Part shown: positions 1 through 19,610 of the stretch, piece after piece
Layout: each line of letters starts with the position of its first letter
Position numbering within the stretch: the stretch's first letter is position 1
Assembly: GCF_003261575.2 (NCBI RefSeq)
Contig: NZ_CP036175.1
Span: forward strand, 766,000 to 789,999
Source of the DNA: Klebsiella huaxiensis
GTDB lineage: Bacteria; Pseudomonadota; Gammaproteobacteria; Enterobacterales; Enterobacteriaceae
DNA: 24,000 bases
Direction: 5' to 3'
Made by a program: the position numbers and the translations under genes
The notes under the pieces: model-generated
Database searches by the model: none
What the model was told of the DNA's origin: nothing
The model's input: the letters and a program-made list of their open reading frames with translations, nothing else

Positions 1-3066
<3,066 letters not shown>

Positions 3067-3089
3067 TTAATTTTTAAGAAAAAGTCTTA

Positions 3090-4688
<1,599 letters not shown>

Positions 4689-4699
4689 TCATCTCAAAA

Positions 4700-4737
4700 G
4701 GTAAAAAATCCCGCCTGCTTATATGGTGCAGGCGGGA
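4700..4737 (-). terminator. Rho-independent terminator after the ebgC-proximal ygjI paralog
   Basis: On the minus strand the sequence is CCCGCCTGC-ACCATATAA-GCAGGCGGG (perfect 9-bp GC-rich stem, 4710-4718/4728-4736) followed by ATTTTTTACCTTTT. It begins ~10 nt after the stop at 4748. Confidence 0.85.
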
Positions 4738-4747
4738 AGTCTGGTGC

Positions 4748-9831
<5,084 letters not shown>

Positions 9832-9850
9832 CTAAATGGATATGGTTTAT

Positions 9851-9908
9851 TTTAGTAAAACTTTTACTAAATAAAACCACCGAAGGCGATTTACTTTAAC
9901 TCGATCAC
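9851..9908 (-). promoter_or_regulatory. Candidate ebgA promoter/operator: perfect 21-bp palindrome TTTAGTAAAA-C-TTTTACTAAA (9851-9871) plus box CTTTAACTCGATCAC (9894-9908)
   Basis: The palindrome was checked by hand and is self-complementary around the centre at 9861. It lies ~38 nt upstream of the ebgA ATG and downstream of the LacI-family repressor gene ebgR. On the minus strand it contains a TAAAAT -10-like hexamer. The upstream box reads TTGTGATCGAGTTAAAG on the minus strand (a TGTGA CRP half-site). Confidence 0.6.
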
Positions 9909-9955
9909 AAAATGAGCGTTACCGGGTGCCTGGGGTTGGCGTCGGGAAGGGGACA

Positions 9956-10052
9956 TTCCCGGAGGCGATGCTGCGCATCTGTCCGGGCTACCGTTTTGCA
10001 GAAGGCGGTGAACCCGTCGCCCGGGCAAGGCGCATGAAGCGCCGCCCCCGGG
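9956..10052. repeat. Single BIME-like unit (two inverted REP elements) between ebgR and the ebgA promoter
   Basis: TTCCCGGAGGCGATGCTGCGCATCTGTCCGGGCTACCGT (9956-9994) is identical to the first REP of the 21.2-22.0 kb array. It is followed by an inverted partner ...CGCCCGGGCAAGGCGCATGAAGCGCCGCCCCCGGG. Confidence 0.8.
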
Positions 10053-10087
10053 GGCCGGGCACAGAGGATTTAGCGTCAGAAACGGGA

Positions 10088-11143
<1,056 letters not shown>

Positions 11144-11241
11144 TCAGTAAATTTCCGCCGTATTATTCATCATCAGCACAGCGTTTTCTCTGATGTAAAC
11201 CGTGATAGATCTAACACTCTTGTCAATATTATGCAGAATCG

Positions 11242-11277
11242 TTGACGATATTTGTTATCTTTTACTAAAATTTTACT
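11242..11277 (+). promoter_or_regulatory. Candidate ygjH promoter (-35 TTGACG 11242-11247, 18-nt spacer, -10 TAAAAT 11266-11271) overlapped by two direct copies of the ebg operator half-site
   Basis: CTTTTACTAAA (11259-11269) is identical to the right arm of the ebgA palindrome (9861-9871). A second TTTTACT follows at 11271-11277. The ygjH ATG is at 11291, preceded by GAGAGG. Confidence 0.45.
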
Positions 11278-11287
11278 TGAGAGGTAA

Positions 11288-11623
<336 letters not shown>

Positions 11624-11638
11624 CAATCTTCTGGGATT

Positions 11639-11687
11639 GCCCGGTGGCGCCTCGCTTGCGTGGGCCGACAAAAGAATGCGCCACCGG
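11639..11687. repeat. REP-like element / long stem-loop between convergent ygjH and the fimbrial adhesin gene
   Basis: There is a perfect 10-bp inverted repeat, CCGGTGGCGC (11641-11650) / GCGCCACCGG (11678-11687). The left part, GCCCGGTGGCGCCTCGCTTGCGTGGGCC, resembles enterobacterial REP consensus. No U-tract follows on either strand. Confidence 0.5.
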
Positions 11688-11700
11688 ACATCGGGGTATG

Positions 11701-12912
11701 CTACTGATAGTTAATGGTAAATTCGACGGCCGTATCGGCTTTGCCTGCCCGCAGAATGCTTTGTGTATTGCGGGCATAGCGCGCCCGGAGCGGTATTGCA
11801 TAGCTGGCAATGGTTTGCTGTAAGGCCAGTTTTGCATCGGTCCGCGTGTTTGCTTTCGCATTGGTTAACACATTCACGGCATCGCGATTTTGAATCTCCA
11901 GGCACATCCCTTTCGCCATATCGGCATCGTTGGTGAGCGTCGCGCACTCGCCGCCTGCCGCCAGCGTTTGATAGCCGCTAACCGGGTTAAGTAAAAAACT
12001 GATGCTGTTGGCCGTGTCCGGCCCCGCTGTCGTATAGTCTGAATCGCTATTCCAGCGGATCCCCGCCGTTGCCGAGGTATCTGGTGAATTGCGATTATAG
12101 CGCCCATACATCGGCGGGCAGTTTAGCAGGTTGATATTAAAATCGACCCACTCAGTGGTTGTGGAGTCCTGAAGCGAATGAACCCCCATGGGCACCGTCA
12201 CATCTGGGGTCTGGCAGGTCCCGGCGACGACATTCACCGATCCATTAATATGCCAGCGGTAGCCATAATCTTTGGTCATATCGGTGGTATTTGTGGCTTG
12301 GGTGTAGCGGATGATAGCCGGGTAATTGATTGGCACACTCCAGACGCCAGGAGAAATATTACCCATTTTGATCAGCAGTAATTCAAATCCTTGACCTTTG
12401 TAATACACGCCATAACCACCTCCTTCTGGATTAAGGGTACCCTTGCTCGAAGAGGATGAGATCGGCAGGGCAGATAGCGAGGTTGAGCTATTAGATAGGG
12501 TTACACCGAGAGCCATCCCGATACCGGATACTCCCGTGCTGTAAACGGTTACCCCTTGATAATTTCCGACAATAGCAGGTCGCGCACCCTCAGTCTCCAG
12601 AAATTGAGTGAGTTTTATATATTCACCGCCACTTTCAGTCGATGCGCAAGCAGCAATGCCAAGAGCCTGCAAGTCGGTATTAGAAATATACTGTCTGAAA
12701 ATCACGGAACCGTTCGGAAGATCCCGCAGAGCTGAGACCGTCACGTTATTACTGAGTATCGGTACATTCTGATCGATATAATTGGCACGCCCGGAATAAT
12801 TTCGTGAGCAGGTAATGGTAGCTGATGCCGTCAGCGGAAATAAGACTAATGAAGCCAGCGCTAATGTTTTCCAGCACCCGGTAAGTTTTGCAATGTTGTA
12901 TTTAATTGACAT
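11701..12912 (-). CDS. Chaperone-usher fimbrial tip adhesin-like subunit (two-domain, 403 aa)
   Basis: The track ORF runs to 13068, overlapping the usher. I use the ATG at 12912 (MSIKYNIAKLTGCWKTLALASLVLFPLTASA/TITC...), with AGGGAAG upstream, 19 nt after the usher stop. The C-terminal third looks like a pilin domain (GTCQTPDVTVPMG ... ADTAVEFTINYQ, penultimate Tyr). It is the last gene of the operon, as for FimH/YehA-type adhesins. Confidence 0.75.
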   Translation of the reverse strand: MSIKYNIAKLTGCWKTLALASLVLFPLTASATITCSRNYSGRANYIDQNVPILSNNVTVSALRDLPNGSVIFRQYISNTDLQALGIAACASTESGGEYIKLTQFLETEGARPAIVGNYQGVTVYSTGVSGIGMALGVTLSNSSTSLSALPISSSSSKGTLNPEGGGYGVYYKGQGFELLLIKMGNISPGVWSVPINYPAIIRYTQATNTTDMTKDYGYRWHINGSVNVVAGTCQTPDVTVPMGVHSLQDSTTTEWVDFNINLLNCPPMYGRYNRNSPDTSATAGIRWNSDSDYTTAGPDTANSISFLLNPVSGYQTLAAGGECATLTNDADMAKGMCLEIQNRDAVNVLTNAKANTRTDAKLALQQTIASYAIPLRARYARNTQSILRAGKADTAVEFTINYQ

Positions 12913-12931
12913 AATTATTCTTCCCTGAAAA

Positions 12932-15451
12932 TTAGCGACACTCGGTGTTAATATTGACAATCTCCGATGCTTTCGATGCCGGAAGCGAGTAATTAATAAT
13001 GCAGGAATCCTTTTTATCTGATCCCCAGCGCACGCGTAGCTGGCCAGAAATATGCGCCAGGCGGGCAAAAATACGCTGCCCCTGGCCTACCACGCCGACC
13101 ACCTTCTGTTCCGCGTCCAGAACATCGGCGCCAAACGGAATCGCCGGGTTTCTGGGCAAATTAATCATCACTGCCTGTCCCCGTACGGTATCGAAGCGCA
13201 GTTTGACCACTGCACCGCTATAAGGCGCAATTTTTTGGCTGGTATTCTCCAGCTCAACGTTTTCGGGAATACCTTTTGGGTCGATATCAATCTGATTGAT
13301 CTGATAAGCGTTCAGATAAGGAACAATCGCGTAGCCAAAACGGTCGACGGCGACGCCGGGATAACCGCTAACCTTGGCTCCATGAGCACCTTTAGCTTCG
13401 ACCAGCGCCATGGTATCAGCGGTGTAAGGTGTCAACGTCACGCCGCCGCTATGCGCAATCGCGCCGCCGCTCATGCCAAAAGAGTAGTTGCTGTAATGTT
13501 TACCGGTCCCTGCCTGCGCCTGAAGCATCGCCTGCGAACTGCGCAGCGACGTATTTATCGTGCCGCTGGTGGAGCCCCCTCTGTTACTGTTCGACGCTGA
13601 CATACCGTAGCTCCACGAACTGTCTTCCAGTGCCGAACCGCTCAACGACAGTTGTTCACTCACGGTACCGCCCGGATCGTGGTTCAGGTTCATCGACATC
13701 TGGCTAAATGGCGTTGTATTGCCGAGCGGAATACTTAGCGTCAGTTGGTAGTGATTTTCATAATCACCATCGCTATTGCGGTTACGGTTGATGCTCAGGC
13801 CGTAGCTCACTCGTCCCAAGCTGTTGTTATAACCAAACTGGTACTGGCGATCGGTTCCCTGATTGCTGTCCCAGTAATTCTGCTGCCAGACGTTGAGGTA
13901 AAAATTTCCCCATCCTTCCGGCAGATTCTGGCTGGCGCTGATGCTGAGGCGGCTTTTGGGACGATGAATATCCCAGGTATCATCGCCATACTTCTGTGCG
14001 TCGCGGATCTGCATTGCGGCCATAAAGTCGAGATATTCTTTGGTCGAATAACGATACGCCGCAACGTTAAAATTACTGCCCGTCGACATGACAAACTGGC
14101 TATATTTTAGCTGATAGCTTTGCCCGGACATGCGCTTACCGTAGTCCTGCAGGGGCTTATCCAACTGAGTTTGCGCCTGGGTGGCATCCAGAGAAAATGT
14201 TCCTATGGGCGTCCCCAGTGCGAGTCCCAAAATGCCCGCCTGATAGTCATCATTACCCTGAAGACCAGCATAGCCGGTAAAAAAGTTGTTCAGGCCGCGA
14301 CGCCATGTCAATTCGCCAAGCACCGGCTCGCTTTCAACCTGATCTTTGCGCAGCTTGCCCAGCGTGAGGCTATAGTGGTTCGTGCCCGAACGCAGCAAAT
14401 TACTGGTCGCTGCATAGGGAATTATCTGTTGTTGCTCGGAGCCATCAGCTTCTTTTATCACCAGTTGCAGGTCACCGCCGTAGCCGGTGGGATAAAGATC
14501 GTTAATTTCAAACGGACCGGGTGAAACGGTGGTTTCGTACAGCAGTCGCCCCTGCTGGAAAATTTGCACTTTTGCTGACGTACGGGCAGTACCACGAACA
14601 ATAGGTGCGTAGCCGCGCTGGGAATCGGGCAACATCTGCTCCTCATTCGCCAGCTGAATGCCGCGAAACGCGAGAGTATCAAACAGCTCGCCTCGGGTAT
14701 TGCGGTCACCTAGCGATAAGCGTCCTTTTATCGCCGGAATATCGCGTTGAACGTAGGAGTTCAATGCCTGGTAGTGGCTACCCACGTCATCCTGCCAGCT
14801 CCAGTTGCCATTATGGCGAAAGTACCAGCTCCCCAGGTTAAAACCCGCCGTTATCCCTGAATAGGCGCTGTCATTAGAGGTGCTCCGGTTTTGCTGGTGG
14901 TAATAGCTGGCGTTGTAGGTCAGTAGCCCGGCCATCACGCCTTTCTCCCATAATGCCGGATTTACGTATCCGCGAGGATTATGAACCAAATAGAGTGCGG
15001 GGATCTCTAAATCCAGCATTTGGTTGCCGGTGTCAAATTTGGTTTTTACCTGAGGAATAACCTCTGTGACCGCAAGGCAAGCGTCATCACGACTATCAGA
15101 CAGGAGAGATTGTACATCGTCGCTAAGCTTCTCAATATTGAGCGGTAGCGTATGCCACGCTTCGGTTGCCAGGCAAATGGCACCTGTTTTGGCAGGCGGC
15201 GTGCTGTCGCTGAGCGTAATATCCTGGAACCCCTGATACTGGTTATTAATTCGCAGCTCCACGCGATATTTTCCTGGTACGGCCTGATCGCGCTCATAGT
15301 GAGTCAAATCGATTTTTTTCTGGCTGCCTTGGCTCATAAAATTGCTATTAAACTGCACTTCATCGGCGTCCTGCGCGATGGAAAATGGACTAAAGCCAAG
15401 CGTAATCGCCACTGCCAACGGCGTCGGTTTAAAATAACAGGTACGAATCAT
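12932..15451 (-). CDS. Fimbrial outer-membrane usher
   Basis: ~839 aa from the ATG at 15451 (MIRTCYFKPTPLAVAITLGFSPFSIAQDADEVQFNSNFM...). Usher hallmarks are present: an N-terminal FN..F...DL..Y...PG.Y.V.L..N motif, the LPDSQRGYAPIVRGTARTSAKVQIFQQGRLLYETTV block, and appropriate size. The track start at 15499 is an upstream in-frame extension. Confidence 0.9.
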   Translation of the reverse strand: MIRTCYFKPTPLAVAITLGFSPFSIAQDADEVQFNSNFMSQGSQKKIDLTHYERDQAVPGKYRVELRINNQYQGFQDITLSDSTPPAKTGAICLATEAWHTLPLNIEKLSDDVQSLLSDSRDDACLAVTEVIPQVKTKFDTGNQMLDLEIPALYLVHNPRGYVNPALWEKGVMAGLLTYNASYYHQQNRSTSNDSAYSGITAGFNLGSWYFRHNGNWSWQDDVGSHYQALNSYVQRDIPAIKGRLSLGDRNTRGELFDTLAFRGIQLANEEQMLPDSQRGYAPIVRGTARTSAKVQIFQQGRLLYETTVSPGPFEINDLYPTGYGGDLQLVIKEADGSEQQQIIPYAATSNLLRSGTNHYSLTLGKLRKDQVESEPVLGELTWRRGLNNFFTGYAGLQGNDDYQAGILGLALGTPIGTFSLDATQAQTQLDKPLQDYGKRMSGQSYQLKYSQFVMSTGSNFNVAAYRYSTKEYLDFMAAMQIRDAQKYGDDTWDIHRPKSRLSISASQNLPEGWGNFYLNVWQQNYWDSNQGTDRQYQFGYNNSLGRVSYGLSINRNRNSDGDYENHYQLTLSIPLGNTTPFSQMSMNLNHDPGGTVSEQLSLSGSALEDSSWSYGMSASNSNRGGSTSGTINTSLRSSQAMLQAQAGTGKHYSNYSFGMSGGAIAHSGGVTLTPYTADTMALVEAKGAHGAKVSGYPGVAVDRFGYAIVPYLNAYQINQIDIDPKGIPENVELENTSQKIAPYSGAVVKLRFDTVRGQAVMINLPRNPAIPFGADVLDAEQKVVGVVGQGQRIFARLAHISGQLRVRWGSDKKDSCIINYSLPASKASEIVNINTECR

Positions 15452-15511
15452 TAATAACCCCGTTCTATTCCATGACTGTTTACAGGCCGGTGCCAACAAT
15501 AAAGACCGAAT

Positions 15512-16210
15512 TCATTTATTTTTATTTGGATCGACAGGGCGCAGGGCTCCGTAGTCGTTGATAATCATGGGATACCAGCGGGTAGAAACGCGGTCCAGCG
15601 TCCAGGTGCGCGTTTCGCCGGGGGTTAACATGCCGCCTGCGCCAAGGTTTTTCTCCCCCTTTTCATCTTCTGAAAAGTAGGCAACCGTTACGTGGTATGG
15701 CGTGGCATTATTTGCCGTCACCTTGTTGCCCTGACGCTTCCAGACAACGTTTTCTGGCGCTTCACTCGCATTTTTAATTAAATTCTGTGGACGATAAAAA
15801 AGCTTCAGGCGAGAACGAAAGGCCATTGAAAGCAGATTCTTTTCTGCTAACTCACCTTTGACCGTGGGGGGAATTTCCAGAACGTTAAGATAAAAAACAG
15901 ACTCTTTATCCTGCGGTAATGTTTCGCCTGTAAAACGAATCCGCAACGTTTGCCCTTTCCCGGCATTAACACGGTTGATCGGCGGAGTTAGTAAAAAGGG
16001 GGCTGTGGCCGTATCCGGGGTTGAAGCAGGATCGCCATTATCCACCCAGGACTGAATTAATACCGGTGAGCTACCCTTATTTTCCATTTTTACCGTCACT
16101 TCACGTTCGGTTGCCGGGTATATGACACGCGTTCCGGTAATAACGACCGAGGCGCAGGCAGGAAAGACTGTGGTCATGGCGAGTAGCATGGCAATAATGT
16201 TTTTTTTCAT
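15512..16210 (-). CDS. Periplasmic fimbrial chaperone (PapD-like)
   Basis: Read from the ATG at 16210 (MKKNIIAMLLAMTTVFPACA/SVVITGTRVIYPATEREVTVKMENKGSSPVLIQSWVDNGD...), with AGGAAGG upstream. PapD-family motifs are present (RVIYP, Q.W, FYLNVLEIPP, RLKLFYRP). The track start at 16261 is an extension. Confidence 0.9.
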   Translation of the reverse strand: MKKNIIAMLLAMTTVFPACASVVITGTRVIYPATEREVTVKMENKGSSPVLIQSWVDNGDPASTPDTATAPFLLTPPINRVNAGKGQTLRIRFTGETLPQDKESVFYLNVLEIPPTVKGELAEKNLLSMAFRSRLKLFYRPQNLIKNASEAPENVVWKRQGNKVTANNATPYHVTVAYFSEDEKGEKNLGAGGMLTPGETRTWTLDRVSTRWYPMIINDYGALRPVDPNKNK

Positions 16211-16228
16211 TATGGGATCCTTCCTGTT

Positions 16229-16252
16229 AACCGATGGAATTTCTTCCATCGG
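16229..16252 (-). terminator. Intercistronic stem-loop between the major pilin and chaperone genes (attenuator/mRNA stabiliser)
   Basis: There is a perfect 10-bp stem, ACCGATGGAA / TTCCATCGGT, with a 4-nt loop and no U-tract. Its position matches the attenuating hairpins that follow the major-subunit gene in pap/fim-type operons. Confidence 0.5.
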
Positions 16253-16283
16253 TGGTTTCATATGTCATCCAATGACGATGAAT

Positions 16284-16844
16284 TTATTGATAGTTAATGC
16301 TGAAATTGACGTTACTGGTGACAACACCCGGCGTCGTTGTGCCCAGCGCGTAATACTGAACGGCATAAGGTAGCATTGTGGTGCCGGTACTTGCCCCGGC
16401 GGTATTCGGAATAACCACCTGAGTGTTGCTTGAGGTTTGTGAGCTACGGCCGATCTCAATGGTGTTATTGCTCTGAATATCAATCAGCTGTAGCTGTACG
16501 TTACCCGCGCCGCCGGTAGTCGTGTTCACCAGATTGTTGGTGGTGGTGTCAACGGTTGAACCATTTTCAAAGTAAGCTGCTGCCGTAGAAGTGGATACCA
16601 GACCGGTACAGCCAGAAAGCTCAATATTAAACTGGGTGCGTCCAGCGATATCACCGGTAGCGGCTAAAAGCTGAGTTGAGAGTGTCGGTAAAACGACCGT
16701 TGCCGGAGAAGATGAGCCGTCAATCGTAATCTGGCAGGTGGCATCAGTTAACTTTCCCTGGAAATTGATTGTTCCATCCGATGCCTGAGCTGCGGATGCG
16801 ATCAGTACAGAAGCAATAGCGGTAGATAATAATACACGTTTCAT
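16284..16844 (-). CDS. Major fimbrial subunit (type 1/FimA-like pilin)
   Basis: Read from the ATG at 16844 (MKRVLLSTAIASVLIASAAQA/SDGTINFQGKLTDATCQITIDG...IELSGCTG...VTSNVNFSINYQ). GGAG lies 7 nt upstream and is itself part of the longer track ORF's first codons. Signal peptide, conserved Cys pair and a C-terminal beta-strand with penultimate Tyr are all present. Confidence 0.9.
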   Translation of the reverse strand: MKRVLLSTAIASVLIASAAQASDGTINFQGKLTDATCQITIDGSSSPATVVLPTLSTQLLAATGDIAGRTQFNIELSGCTGLVSTSTAAAYFENGSTVDTTTNNLVNTTTGGAGNVQLQLIDIQSNNTIEIGRSSQTSSNTQVVIPNTAGASTGTTMLPYAVQYYALGTTTPGVVTSNVNFSINYQ

Positions 16845-16921
16845 ATAAAACTCCATGTTAAAAAACTCTTTTAAAAGAGGTGGTGAGGAAATGGTATATA
16901 AGTATTAGAAGTAATGCTGAG

Positions 16922-17320
16922 TTATATTTTCTGTCTTAATACTTCAATATTCGGTAATTTATAAAGCGTTTTTATATTGCTAGAGGTTATCCGGTAACCT
17001 TTCCCGGATACTCTTTCAATAAAATCATGCTTTACGCCAACAAGCATCAGGGTGTACTTGAGCCTGGATATCACCTGAATAAGCCGGGATTGCGAAGAAC
17101 GTAACCCTTTATTATCCCAGACCTGGTGCAGAATATCACTTTCCAGAATAACGTTCTGCTGACGGTTAATCAGCAAGAAGTATAATAAATTCGACATGGT
17201 ATCCCGTAGGATCAAGGGATTTGACAGCGGCGGTGTCTCTGTAATATTGACAACTTTCAGCGGGTGGCTGAAACATAATACAGCGTCGTCAATTAAAAAT
17301 CCGAAAATCGTGAGCGACAT
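16922..17320 (-). CDS. Stand-alone OmpR/CadC-type winged-helix DNA-binding regulator (no receiver, no TM segment)
   Basis: 132-aa ORF. The region LRDTMSNLLYFLLINRQQNVILESDILHQVWDNKGLRSSQSRLIQVISRLKYTL...FIERVSGKGYRI follows the trans_reg_C pattern (L..E..LL..L......vs...L...vW.....l...I.rLR..L....I.tv.gkGYrl). The gene is markedly AT-rich and lies directly upstream of the pilin gene on the same strand. Confidence 0.7.
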   Translation of the reverse strand: MSLTIFGFLIDDAVLCFSHPLKVVNITETPPLSNPLILRDTMSNLLYFLLINRQQNVILESDILHQVWDNKGLRSSQSRLIQVISRLKYTLMLVGVKHDFIERVSGKGYRITSSNIKTLYKLPNIEVLRQKI

Positions 17321-17905
17321 CCATGTCTCCGGTCTATCTATTAGATTAGTAGTAGTTTGTATGAATTTATATATCCATCATTCTGTCAGTTACATCGATG
17401 ATACTTTCCTGGAACTTAAGTTATTTATGATGAATTAGTCTTTGTGAATTAAATTATTTCTGAAATAGATTCTAATGTCGGTTCATATTTGATGGCAAGA
17501 ATTGCCTTTGATAGGTTTTTTATTGTGTTAATTTGCTTATTAGTGGAGTAAAAAACCATTCAATGTGGTTTTGCATGTTCTTTATTCCATTATGGGCCTC
17601 TTTAATATTGAAAAAGGTTAATAAAGCATCAGATAATGAAAAAAGAATTAAAGGCTGTATTTATAGTGTTGCTTGGTTTAATAAACTACTTGATTGATTG
17701 TTGTTCATCAAATTCATGTGGTTAAGAGTATTTAAAGTATGTCCGAACATTCCTGATTTTATTGAGATTCAGGTAATTCATAAAAATAAATATTTAATAT
17801 TTATATTGTTTTATGTGAATGCATATTTATAAATAATTAAATGAGTGTTTTTTGTTCTTTACAGACAATGAGCTGCGTTTTTCAGCAACAATGGCGTGAG
17901 GAGCG
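17321..17905 (-). promoter_or_regulatory. Long, extremely AT-rich non-coding control region upstream of the fimbrial regulator/operon
   Basis: There are ~585 bp without a credible ORF. GC is locally very low (9 G/C in the 60 nt 17761-17820, counted by hand), with many A/T tracts. This is typical of H-NS-silenced, horizontally acquired fimbrial promoters. No specific promoter could be assigned. Confidence 0.5.
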
Positions 17906-17909
17906 ATAA

Positions 17910-17960
17910 CCCCTGGCGTAAGCACTCTGGTTAACAGAGGCTGTGTTGCCAGGGGATTTT
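17910..17960. terminator. Stem-loop downstream of patA (possible terminator and island boundary)
   Basis: CCCCTGGC (17910-17917) pairs with GCCAGGGG (17948-17955), with an inner CTCTG-GTTAA-CAGAG hairpin. The T-run (ATTTT) is on the plus-strand side only, so function as the patA terminator is uncertain. Confidence 0.35.
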
Positions 17961-17990
17961 GAGGATGACCTTTGGCGGCGAGTGAGAAAA

Positions 17991-19424
<1,434 letters not shown>

Positions 19425-19610
19425 TTACGCCACTTCGGCTCGGACCAGGAAAATCGGGATAAACGCAACGTGAAATGGTGATTGTGCAAAATTTAATCTC
19501 ACGGCGATATTATTGGCATGTTTTACTCCTGAAGGCGCAAAACGATGCAGGAAAGGGCTTCCGCCGCATGCTTTGCGGCGGTGCAGGCTGCCCTGCGATG
19601 GGGCAGACGG

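Noticed and set aside
16200-16207. A8 homopolymer immediately after the chaperone start codon (ATGAAAAAAAAC) as a slipped-strand phase-variation site
   Set aside because: Eight residues is short for efficient slippage in Enterobacteriaceae. Lys-Lys after Met is a normal signal-peptide n-region. No evidence of variation can be obtained from a single sequence.
17636-17725. 29-aa hydrophobic/Cys-rich small ORF MKKELKAVFIVLLGLINYLIDCCSSNSCG on the plus strand in the AT-rich region, plus other 18-44 aa ORFs nearby (17492..17551, 17563..17697)
   Set aside because: There is no Shine-Dalgarno at a proper distance. AT-rich DNA generates such Lys/Ile/Leu/Phe-rich ORFs by chance, and I have no conservation evidence. 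It would only be worth revisiting if ribosome profiling or homologs support it.
17321-17905. fimS-like invertible promoter switch
   Set aside because: I found no pair of convincing inverted repeats bracketing a few-hundred-bp segment. There is no FimB/FimE-type recombinase gene in or near the island.
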